Shown here piece after piece: positions 50,576 through 63,060 of a stretch of DNA of 64,000 bases. The notes under the pieces were generated by a model. That model was not told where the DNA came from. It searched no databases and saw only the letters and a program-made list of their open reading frames with translations. Position 1 is the first letter of the stretch; every line of letters begins with the position of its first letter. A program made the translations under genes and the position numbers. Origin of the DNA: Eledone cirrhosa (lineage: Eukaryota); assembly GCA_964016885.1 (NCBI GenBank), contig OZ024762.1, positions 12,276,001-12,340,000 of the forward strand, written 5' to 3'.

Positions 50576-51501
50576 CTTTTGTGGGCACGACAAGATGATT
50601 TTAATTGGTGGCACTCCTGCGACAATTTTCTTTATACATTAAAAGACATTGTACATGACAAAAGTACATTACTAGAAATCCAATATGTTATAAAATATAT
50701 AGGATGGGTTTGGAGGGTCTCAGTATGTTATAAAATATATAGGATGGGTTGCAGGGTCTCAATATGTAAACAATGACTAATCCTAATTTAAAAAAAAAAA
50801 TCAATGGAGACAACCAATTCTCCTCACCCACCCCTGCTTCTTCAAGCCCTTCCCTCATTATTTGGGATCCCCAAGAGTTCATAAACTTCACAGAAAGATG
50901 CAACATGAAGATGTAATACTATAGGCTGTCTGTAAAACTAAACTTTCCATTGTTGAATCTCTTAAGTATCATCTTTATCTGACATTCTTGTTTCTTGACA
51001 TAAAAGAGTTCTTTTTTTTCACTTCAGATAACTTCATCAATATTTACCATCTTTTAAAGACTCCAGGAAGAGATCATCATCACAATTTAACGTCTATTTT
51101 TCCATGCTTCAATGAGTTAGACGGGTCACCCATGTCATAAGACAAGTCTGGCCAGTTAGCCACGCTGTACCTTACTCAGATCGAACTGTACTTTGGCTGG
51201 GATTTTTACAGCAGGATGCTCTTCCTAACATCAACCTCATTTATAGTGTTTTATATTGAACAAATATAACAATATGGTGGAATTACTGTCAAATATTCTG
51301 AACTGGGGTTAATAACAACATATCACTTCTCGTTGTCTGGAATGTGTACAGGTGTGAAAATATCACTGATATCTGAGGGTACTATCGTCATGCTGGTGTG
51401 AAAATATCACTGTGATATCTGGGGTAAATATCGTCATACAGGTGTGAAATTACTACTGTGATATCTGAGGTAAAGTGTACTCTGGGAGTTGTGGTTTAAC
51501 T

Positions 51502-52566
51502 ATGGACAAACAGAGTCATACACAAGAGAGACCATATCAGTGTGATATCTGTAGTAAATCCTTTTCTGGAAGACAGGACTTAACTGTACACATACGCATT
51601 CATACAGAAGAGAAACCATATCAGTGTGATATCTGTGGTAAATCTTTCACTGCAAATAGTAAATTAACTAGACACAAACGAACCCATACAGGAGAAAAAC
51701 CATATCCCTGTGATATATGTGGTAAATTATTTGGGAGTAGTGACTTAACTACTCACAAACGTATTCATACAGGAGAGAAACCATTTCACTGTGATATCTG
51801 TGGTAAATCATTCTCTCATAGAAAAAGCTTAGTTGGACACACGCTCATTCATACAGGAGAGAAACCATATCAATGTGATGTCTGTGGTAAATCATTTTCT
51901 TGGAGTAGTGCCTTAACTGGACACATACGCATTCATACTGGAGAGAAGCCATACCGCTGTGATATCTGTGGTAAATCATTCTCTCAAAATGGTGACTTAA
52001 CTAAACACACACCCATTCATACAGGAGAGAAACCATTTCACTGTGGTGTCTGTGGTAAATCCTTTGCCTGGAGTAGTGCCTTAACTAAGCACAGACGTGT
52101 TCATACAGGAGAAAAACCATATCAATGTGATATCTGCAGTAAATCATTCTCTCAAAGTGGTGACTTAACAAAACACAAACGTGTTCATACAGGAGAGAAG
52201 CCATTTAAATGTGATGTCTGTGGTAAATCATTTTATGGTGGAAATGACTTAACTAAACACAAACATATTCATACAAAAGAGAAACCATTTCATTGTGATA
52301 TCTGTGGTAAATCTTTTTCCTGGAATTGTGACTTAAATACTCACAAACGCACTCATACAGGAGAGGAACCATTTCACTGTGATGTCTGTGGTAAATCTTT
52401 TTCTTGGAGTTGTGACTTAACTTCTCACAAACGTAGTCATACAGGGGAGAAGCCATTTCACTGTGAAGTCTGTGGTAAATCATTCTCTCACAGCGGTAGC
52501 TTAACTAGACACAAACATAGGAGCCATGGGCCTCCTGAAAAACGACCTGACCAAGATCCCGTGTAA
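51502..52566 (+). CDS. Tandem C2H2 zinc-finger protein (12 fingers, no KRAB/SCAN), single coding exon
   Basis: ORF with 12 C-x2-C-x12-H-x3-H units (finger 3 is x11, finger 12 ends H-x4-H) joined by TGEKP(Y/F) linkers. First ATG at 51502, stop TAA at 52566. Confidence 0.93.
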   Translation: MDKQSHTQERPYQCDICSKSFSGRQDLTVHIRIHTEEKPYQCDICGKSFTANSKLTRHKRTHTGEKPYPCDICGKLFGSSDLTTHKRIHTGEKPFHCDICGKSFSHRKSLVGHTLIHTGEKPYQCDVCGKSFSWSSALTGHIRIHTGEKPYRCDICGKSFSQNGDLTKHTPIHTGEKPFHCGVCGKSFAWSSALTKHRRVHTGEKPYQCDICSKSFSQSGDLTKHKRVHTGEKPFKCDVCGKSFYGGNDLTKHKHIHTKEKPFHCDICGKSFSWNCDLNTHKRTHTGEEPFHCDVCGKSFSWSCDLTSHKRSHTGEKPFHCEVCGKSFSHSGSLTRHKHRSHGPPEKRPDQDPV

Positions 52567-53941
52567 GCCTGTGAGATACAAACTGCAGCACTGAAGGGTA
52601 CAATGCAACCTCTAGTACTTTGCATAGTTTTACTGGTTGGATAACCCTCCTATTACCAACAACTTCGCAGTGTGGACTACATATATAACTTGCAACAGTT
52701 AAGGAAGAACACATTGTTCATATCGTTTTTGCATTTGAAAAGATGGGAATAACCCTGAAATATACTGGGTAAGAAAAACATTCCTTTGCTTTGTCATACT
52801 TTACCCTTTATATATTTCTACTGTACCAGCTTTCTGAAACTCATCAGTCATTTATAACTCATTTGACAAGAGGGTAATGGAACCATTACTTTGTTTTGTC
52901 ATCCTTTGCCCTTTATATATATTTCTATCACATTGTACCGGCTGTCTCACATACATCAGTCATTTATATATATATTTGTAAAACTAAACATTCTCAGATC
53001 TTTTATACCATCCCAAATACAGGAATAAGGGATGATTCCATATATTTTGCATGGACACATTGCAACTGCAGACACCTAATAAATGTCCTTAAACCCTTTA
53101 GTATTTACTATTATATTTTCACAGTAAAGGCTTTACCTCACATAATATTGAATCTACGAGATTTTGATATTAGTTATTTTAAGAACAATACTTTAACATA
53201 AGTATGAGCAGAAAGAGGCGAGAGAATCTGGTCGAATATGGCCAGTTTATTCCTTATAATTATTTCGATGGTAATCACAGCATCTTTCTTAATGTTGTTA
53301 TACTGAATCTCCATCGTAACTACACACTACGAATGTAAAGAGCTTTCTCCTGTTGTAAACCAAATCAACTTTTACTGAACACAATATATATAGAGATAGA
53401 TATTTATACAATATTTTGTAGACATTTTTTATATACACACAATATATATGTATACTTATTGGAGTTTGCTGTTGTTTCTTAGAAGAAATGAAAAAGCAAA
53501 AGTTCAGTTTATTTAATTTATTCTTTTATTTCACATTTTCGTCTGTAGATAAGACAGTTTATTTACATTCCTTCGAAGATAGCAGTAGTATTTTCCTGTG
53601 TAGAGAAGGTTTAGTTCTGGTAAAGAAGAAAATCAGAAGTATATATGTAAGAGGGCCGGCTGACCAAATGGAAAGAAACAATGCAGTTCCTCAATGACTA
53701 TATATCCTGTTATATATATACAAAATACTAGCAGTTCCTCAATGACTATATACCCTGTTATATATGTATAAAATACTAGCAGTTCCTCAATATCCTGTTA
53801 TATTTATATATATAGAAACGGAAAGAAAGCGAGATAACACTCGGAATATGTCGTGTTATCTCGCTTTCTTTCCGTTTCTTTTTTTTTTAAAAAGAAGGAA
53901 AATGTTTAGCTATAAGTATGCCTATTTGACTCTGTAGAATT

Positions 53942-54106
53942 GCGGCTTGTGCGTGGCGCTGCACGTAGCGTTTCTGGCTTCGCTGTCGTACTTCGGTATG
54001 GCATGACCACTCGATCGTGTCTGAAGTTCGAATCGTTGCGGGGTCGGCCGGGACCACAGCAGGCTGGCTTTATGCTGGCCTGCTCTCCCGCCTCGCATGA
54101 GTTTTT
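53942..54106 (+). ncRNA. Candidate structured Pol III small RNA, copy 1 (unassigned family)
   Basis: TATAAGTA at 53911. GC-rich island whose 5' GGCTTGTGCG pairs with 3' CGCATGAGTT. cUUCGg hairpin at 53984-54003, B-box-like GTTCGAATC at 54026-54034, 11-bp hairpin at 54058-54084, TTTTT at 54102-54106. Conserved in a second copy. Confidence 0.6.
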
Positions 54107-54164
54107 GCCAAACAATTTGACGAGAGTTATCTCCCCTTAATTTGAATTATTTGCCCTTTGTTTA

Positions 54165-54282
54165 CATTGAACTACTTCCGGTTTGTGGAACTCTTCTTCC
54201 TTTGTATTGAAGAAATAGCATCGTTTTATTTACTCTGGGACTATTAACGATATTGGTTTGGATTTTACATTCGTGTAAAGAG
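54165..54282 (+). promoter_or_regulatory. ETS-motif Pol II promoter and non-coding exon (copy 1)
   Basis: CTACTTCCGGTTT at 54172-54184, identical to 48666-48678. Donor AG|GTATGT at 54283. Confidence 0.5.
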
Positions 54283-57200
54283 GTATGTAAAGTTTTATTT
54301 GCCGTTTATATGTGAAAACATTGCTAAATATACACTCACAGATATTATTGACATACAAGAGTACGTTTTTCTCTTTTTGGAAACGTAAATACATTTGTAT
54401 AAACACTCTTCGTTATATATATATTCATCTATAGATGTAAATTCATTCTAACCATATTCCATATACCAGAATTTTAGGGACACACGAAGCTACATTTATA
54501 TATACGTTGTTATATCTTCTAAAGATCATAACCAAGCCCTCTCAACACCATATACATTTCTATAACCTTAATACTGGAAGAATAAAGATACCTTGCATTT
54601 ATATATAAATGCTCTCACTTAGAAACATACATAAAGTTCTTCCTTGTAAAGAATGCAATGTTTTGTTTGCCGTGTCCTCTTTCAGAATCCATAGACACAA
54701 GCTACATTTATTTACGTAAACTAAAGGTACATCTTTTAAGAATTGTAACTACAATTTCTCTGTTCACTTCTAAGAAACGAAAGTAAACCCTCTTTCTGAC
54801 ACAGAGCTACATTAATGAATACTTGTAAGAAACTAAACCATACATCTACATTTTATTATCTTTCACATCTAACAAAACACGGTAGCTTCTCTCCAACCTC
54901 CCTAGACTTCTTCATTAGGTCACTGAAGCTACCTCTTGTATTACTAATGTTATCAAGACTCCTTTTATTAGCCTCACATCTACTCCAATAAATACAAAAC
55001 TAAACCTTTATCACCCATTTTATAATCCTAACAACACTAGGCTTTGAAGAAGAAAGGTAAATAAAAGAATAAACCATACTTTTTCTTTGTTGCTTTATTA
55101 TCTCATTCATGTTTATATATATATATATACACACACACACCTATTCTAAGAAAGTAAACATACTTTTATATAGTCCTTCTCATACAGAAGAAGTCTTACT
55201 GTCTAGATAAATACTTCTTAATAGAAACAATTAAGCCATCTCTATATATATAAACCTTTATACAGGAAAATAAATCTCCTTTCATTGTTCTCAGAAGCAG
55301 TAAGAATTCCCTCCATTATATATATAATGTTGAGATACTATATATTATAGAATACACACGTGTAAGGAACTGTGGAATACATACACACATTAACCCCCCT
55401 AGATTCTGAGCCATCTCTATTCACTACATACCTTGTGTAACAAAGTACTGTTACCCCTGTAGCTGTGTATATACATACATTCGTATTTATAAATGTATCT
55501 CTCCCTATATATACTACATTGAAGAAAGATGCTTGCCTATACATAAACACTTATGTGTATATAAGAAGCCGTATTCTATAGAAAACCTGACCTCCAGACG
55601 TACCTGTAGCTCCGAGAAATTAGACAGTTCTTTCCCCATTACATACATCAATACCTTCCTATCTCTAGACGTGTATACTTACTACAATACTCTATTATAT
55701 AGGAGAATAAACAGTAAGAATTCCATCCGTTATATATATAATGTCGAGATACTGTATTTCTCTCTATATATACACACTTCATTGAAGAAAGATACTTCTC
55801 TAGACGTACTTGTTGTTCTGAGAAGTTAAACTACAGAGTATCTAGGATACTGTATATATATGCATAAATCTCTCTATATATACACACAATAATCTATACG
55901 TATATATCTAAAATTACTCTATATACACAATTTATTTTCTTTCATTTATTATTACTTCGCCATCTGCGATCACAACCCTTACTGTGAACCCCTGTCTAAC
56001 CAGAAAACCTCTATTTACTACACCCTCCATTCCATTCCATTACGTTGTTCCCTACTTTATATAGATTTATAAGAAACTAACCAACTGTATTTTTATAGAG
56101 TGCAGACACACTATTCTATTTATCTACTTACCTTTTCTGCTCATGATACATAAACACATACTTCTGTCTGCACACAATATTGATGTTAGAGCTGTGTTTT
56201 TATTAATATCTTCTTTGTTTCTTTCCAGATATGTTGAAGATCTCTGTCAGCTCACCACAGTGTATAATATATACACACACAGATTAAAGAAATAAAAACA
56301 AAATGTAGTGTTTATTGACTTATATTATATGTACTCCCCTAATAAATGTAATTACGATATACACAGCTAGTGGAAAGTCTAACTTCCTAGAGCTACATTT
56401 TATAATATGAATGTGTATATATAACACAGCAAGTTACTGTATATGATGTATGTAGAGGTTTGATTTCCTACGGTAATATAAAACTTAAACAACCATGTAT
56501 TCTATATAATACAGTTATCTCTGCCAAGATGAGGTGTTTAATTACAGCAAAGAATATAAATATCTCTTGCCCTATATACACAGAGTATGTGTATATGATA
56601 CTGGGTAGTGAAGAATGTTTAAGAGAACATTCAGTTTCTTAGAGCTACAAGTACAGTAAATGAAATACTTAGTGTATATATAATACAGTATTCTAGTGTA
56701 AAGGATTAATTTCTTACAGTAATATAACCTTATACAACTATGTATTCTATATAATACAGTAAGAGAAGGTATATAGCAGTTTAGTTACTTAGAGCTATGT
56801 TTATTGCCTTATATATACACATATTATGTGTTTAACAGAATATTCAGTTTCTTACTGCTACAAGTACAGTAAAGAAGATACTTACTGTATATATAATACA
56901 GTATTTTAGTAAATTTCTATATATATCTCATACTTAAGATATAAGAAGGTAATGTTTGTATTCTATTGAGTTCAGTCTCCTAATATATTAACTTCAATAG
57001 AAGTATGTAGCTCTCTCTAGTATCTAGAGAATGGTTTTATTATATACCTGTATGTAAAGGTTTGATTTCTTACAGTTATGTATTCTATATAATAATTATC
57101 TCAAAAGAGGGTATATAGCAGTTTAATTACTTAGAGCTACAAGTACAGTCAAGAAGATGTATTGTATATTAGTGTTTTGGTATCCTATAATGGTATATAC

Positions 57201-57354
57201 ACAACTTAGAGCTAAATTTATAATGTGAATATATATATATATGAGAGAAGATATTAATGTAACTACGTATGTAAAGGTTTAACTTCTTAGAGCTACATTT
57301 TTATAGAAGAATATATCTTCTTGTGGTAAGTATACATGTGTAGAGATAGAAAGA

Positions 57355-60300
57355 TATGTATGTATGTATACATACGTATGTATATATACATACATATGTA
57401 TATATAAACATACATATGTATGCATACATACGTATGTATGCATACATATGTATATATACATACATGCGTATGTATGAATACATACGTACGTATATATATA
57501 TATACATATGTATGTATGTATACATATGTATGTATGTATACATATGTATATATACATACGTATGTATGTATACATACATATGTATGTATGTATATATACA
57601 TACATACCTATGTATGCATACATACGTATGTATATATATATATACATATGTATATACATACATACGTATGTATATATATATATACATATGTATATATATA
57701 TACATACGTATGTATGCATACATACGTATGTATATATATATATACATATGTATATATATATACATACGTATGTATGTATACATACGCATGTATGTATATA
57801 TATACATACATACGTATGTATATACATACATACGTATGTATATATATACATACGTACGTATATATGCATACATACGTATGTATATATATACATATGTATG
57901 TATACATACATATGTATATATGCATACGTATGTATGCATATATACGTACGTATGTATATATGCATACGTATGTATATATATATATACATACATACGTATA
58001 TATATACATACGTATGTATATATACATACGTATGTATATATATACGTATGTATATATACATATATATGTATGTATATATACATACATATGTATGTATATA
58101 TACATACATATGTATGTATATATACATACGTATGTGTATATATACATGCGTATGTATGAATACATACGTACGTATATATATATACATACATACGTATGTA
58201 TGCATATATATGTATGTATATATACATACGTATGTATGTATACATACGCATGTATGTATACATACATACGTATGTATATATACATACGTATGTATGTATA
58301 TATACATACGTATGTATATATTCATACGTATGTATATATACATACGTATGTATATATATACGTATGTATATATACATATATATGTATGTATATATACATA
58401 CATATGTATGTATATATACATACATATGTATGTATATATACATGCGTATGTATGAATACATACGTACGTATATATATATACATACATACGTATGTATGCA
58501 TATATATGTATGTATATATACATACGTATGTATATATACATACGTATGTATATATACATACGTATGTATATATATATATATATATACATACGTATGTATA
58601 TACATACATACGTATGTATATATATACATACGTATGAATATATACATACATACCTATGTATGCATACATACGTATGTATGTATATACATACGTATGTATG
58701 TATATATATACATACATATGTATATATATACATACATATGTATGTATATATATACATACGTATGTATGTATATATACATACGTACATATACATACATACG
58801 TATGTATGTATATATACATACGTATGTATATATTCATACGTATGTATGTATATACATACGTATGTATGTATATACATACGTATGTATGTATATATATACA
58901 TACGTATGTATATATATACATACTTATGTATGTATATATACATACGTATGTATATATATACATACGTATGTATGTATATATACATACATACGTATGTATA
59001 TATACATACGTATGTATGTATACATACGCATGTATGTATACATACATGCGTATGTATACATACATACTTATGTATATATGCATATATACATACGTATGTA
59101 TGTATACATACGCATGTATGTATACATACGTATGTATATATACATACGTACGTATATATGCATACATACGTATGTATATATATATGCGTATGTATGTATA
59201 CATATGTATGTATACATACGTATGTATGCATACATAGGTATGTATGCATACATACCTATGTATGCATACATACGTATGTATATATTCATACGTATGTATA
59301 TATATACATACGTATGTATATATATACATACATATGTATGTATATATACATACATATGTATGTATATATACATACGTATGTGTATATATATATATACATA
59401 CGTATGTATATATACGTACGTATGTATATATACGTACGTATGTATATATACATACGTATGTATACATACATACGTATGTATATATATACATACGTATGTA
59501 TGTATATATACATACTTACGTATGTATATATATATACATACATATGTATATATATACATACGTATGTATGTATACATACGTATGTATATATACATACGTA
59601 CGTATATATACATACGTATGTATATATATATATACACATACGTATGTATTTATACATACATACGTATATATACATACGTATGTATGTATATATACATACG
59701 TATGTATGTATATATACATACGTACGTATGTATATATACATACATACATATGTATATATACATACGTATGTATGTATACATACGTATGTATGTATACATA
59801 CGCATGTATGTATGCATACATACTTATGTATATATGCATATATACGTACGTATGTATATATACATACGTATGTATGCATACATACGTATGTATATATATA
59901 CATACGTATGTATGTATACATACGTATGTATGTATATATACATACGTACGTATATATGCATACATACGTATGTATATATATATGCATACATATACATATG
60001 TATGTATACATACGTATGTATGCATACATACGTATGTATGCATATGTACGTATGTATACATACGTATGTATATATTCATACGTATGTATATATATACATA
60101 CGTATGTATATATATACATACATATGTATGTATATATACATACATATGTATGTATAAATACATACGTATGTGTATATATATATACATACGTATGTATATA
60201 TACGTACGTATGTATATATATACATATGTATATATACATACATACTTATATATGTATACATACGTATGTATATATACATACCCACGTATGTATTTATACA

Positions 60301-61078
60301 TACATATGTATATATACATACGTATGTATATATACATACGTATGTATATATATACATACGTATGTATACATACATATGTATGCATACGTATGTATATATA
60401 CGTACGTATGTATGTATATATACATACATACATATATATACGTATGTATGTATATGTATACATACGTATGTATATGTACATACATACTTATATATGTATA
60501 CATACGTATGTATATATATATACCTACGTATGTATACATACATACATATGTATGTATATACATACGTATGTATATATACATACGTATGTATATATACATA
60601 CGTATGTATGTATACATACATGCGTATGTATGTATACATAGGTATGCATATATATGTATGCATACATACGTATGTATATATACATACATACGTATGTATA
60701 TATATACATACATACGTATGTATATATATACATACATACATGTATGTATATACATACGTATGTATATATACATACGTATGTATATATACATACATACGTA
60801 TATATACATACGTACGTATATATATACATGCGTATGTATACATACATGCGTATGTATGCATACATACATGCGTATGTATATATATATATACATACCTACG
60901 TATGTATACATACATACGTATGTATGTATACACATACGTATGTATATATATACACATATGTATGTATATGTACATACATATGTATGTATATATACATGTG
61001 TATGTATATATACATATGTATGTATATATATATACATGTGTATGTATATATACATATGTATGTATATACATACATACA
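57355..61078. repeat. 3.7-kb self-complementary TA/CATA/TACG satellite
   Basis: Built from palindromic words (CATACGTATG, CATATG, TATATA, TGCA). Almost strictly alternating purine/pyrimidine. Confidence 0.97.
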
Positions 61079-62738
61079 TCTCTAATTCCTTAGCTATATT
61101 TATATAATACAGTAGTCTAGAGATATAAGGGTATTAATATGTATGTAGGTTGTCTTTATATCTGTGTAGTGTAACTTCTAAATCTACAATGAAGATATGC
61201 TTTATATACACAAAAGTGTTTATATGGTGAGTATGCCTGTCTAGAGAACAGGGTAACTGCGTACATATGGTTCTACATACTGTACTCTATTGAACACAAC
61301 TTCAATATATAATGGAGGTACTTCTTCCAATATAGAGAAGAAGGTATATTATTGACATGAAGTAAGCTTTGTGTGTCATATTGATTACAGTTTTTCTATA
61401 TATGTGTGTATGTAAAGAACACTAAATTTCTTTGTATTTATACAGTTAGCCCTCTTGCTTCTTAGGAAGCATGTACACGTTCTACTATGAGATGCTTATA
61501 CACAAGTAGATGAACAATAGTAGTAGTTTCCTAAGAGACGTATGTGTAGTATCTAGCGAGGATGTATTGATGTGTATGTACAGATCAAAACCTCTTATCT
61601 TATATATGTAGGATGTTCACTTCCAGGTTTCTACATACACGTGCATAATATAAAGAGACACACACAATGTGGGTTTAGATATATTCTATAGAATACAGTT
61701 TCTTATATACAGACATGTCTACATTGATGTTATTTACCTGTATATAGAGATGGCTTGTTTCTAATAGGTGTGTATCTAGGAAATAATTTATATAATATGA
61801 ATCTAGTATACAGTGACAGAAGGTTTTTGTCTTCCTACAGTGTAAGAGGTGTCTAGTGTGTGTATATATATACAGGGAGTAAATAATAAGGCAACAAAGG
61901 AAAATACTGGTTTATTCTTTTATTTCACAATTTATTTACCTTTCTTCTTGAGATAGGGTTGTAGTAGTCTCCAGGTCTGGTGCTGTTCTTTAGGAATATA
62001 AAATAGGTTAGTTGTGTATATATAAAGGTTTAGTTTTGTATCTAGTGAAGAACGTTTATATATGGATGATGTAGCTATCAAGCAGGTGAGGATGCTAGAA
62101 GTAGTAATAAGGAGTCTTACGGCAGAGTAATAGAGCTACCATGCTTCGTTAGATATAAAATATAACTGTATGGTTTAGCTTCTATATTCATATGTCTAGA
62201 GAAGGTTTAGTTTCATGTCTATTATTCCAGTATGAACAAGTTTGTATATTGCGCCTCATAAGTATCTGTTATGATAGAAGGGAGACCGTTTATATATGAA
62301 TATAGCTTCATGTGTACGTATGTCCCCAGGATTCTTCCTCTACATGGTTTAGAATAAATTTACGGCTAATACATAAATATGCCTGAAGTGTTTGTGTATT
62401 TACGTGAAAAAGTGTCTTCTTGTATATAGAATATCTGTGTGTGTATTCAGGTATATACAGAAGATAAAATGTGTATAGAGAGGAAGCTTGGTTATATTTC
62501 CTTACAAGTATGTATATAGTATCGAGAGACGATTTAGTTGTAACATGTTAGAAGAGGTGTGTATATATATACAGATCATGGTTAGTTTTGTTTCATAATA
62601 GAGGAGGGTAACATGTATGTTTAGTTAGAAGAGGTAGCTGCGTGTATATATTTAGTTTTGTTTCTTTAAAAGACATGGCAACTTACTTTTGTGTCTCAAC
62701 AATGTGTGTGTATATACGGCAAATAAAACTTTACATAC

Positions 62739-62850
62739 CTCTTTACACGAACGTAAAATCCAAGTAAATAGAATGTTACCACTTCAATACACTGAAAAGA
62801 AATGACAACAAAGTAAGAAGAGTTCCACAAACCGGAAGTAGTTCAATGTA
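62739..62850 (-). promoter_or_regulatory. ETS-motif Pol II promoter and non-coding exon (copy 2)
   Basis: Reverse-strand CTACTTCCGGTTT at 62829-62841. Donor AG|GTATGT at 62738. Confidence 0.5.
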
Positions 62851-62906
62851 AACAAAGGGCAAATAATTCAAATTAGGGGGAGATAACTCTCGTCAAATTG
62901 TTTGGC

Positions 62907-63060
62907 AAAAACTCATGCGAGGGGGAGAGCAGGCCAGCCTGCTGTGGTCCCGGCCGACTCCCGCAACGATTCGAACTTCAGACACGATCGAGTGGTCATG
63001 CCATACCGAAGTACGACAGCGAAGCCAGAAACGCTACGTGCAGCGCCACGCACAAGCCGC
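62907..63060 (-). ncRNA. Candidate structured Pol III small RNA, copy 2
   Basis: Reverse complement of copy 1, with TATA at 63084-63091 and T5 at 62907-62911. The main difference is an 11-nt deletion that shortens but keeps the AGCAGG/CCTGCT hairpin. Confidence 0.6.

Larger units (their letters stand above)
53700..54320 (+). repeat. Left arm of an inverted segmental duplication (mate 62715-63265); patchy homology extends to ~55600 / ~61650
   Basis: Direct reverse-complement match, e.g. 54121-54200 vs 62815-62892. Also 55066-55100 vs 61882-61922 and 55560-55582 vs 61683-61707. Confidence 0.9.

Noticed and set aside
54035-54100. HDV-like ribozyme, U snRNA or telomerase RNA identity for the GC island
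   Set aside because: No P3/L3/P1.1 pairing could be built; no snRNA 5' motifs; no CCCUAA template within the unit.
53906-54140. Short ORFs over the GC-rich duplicated island (also 62898-63148)
   Set aside because: Non-ATG starts, and indels between the copies shift frame, whereas RNA structure is retained.
57279-61107. Very long ORFs (up to 871 aa) of Y/I/H/T/M/C/V
   Set aside because: Translation of a satellite lacking stop codons; open in nearly all frames on both strands.
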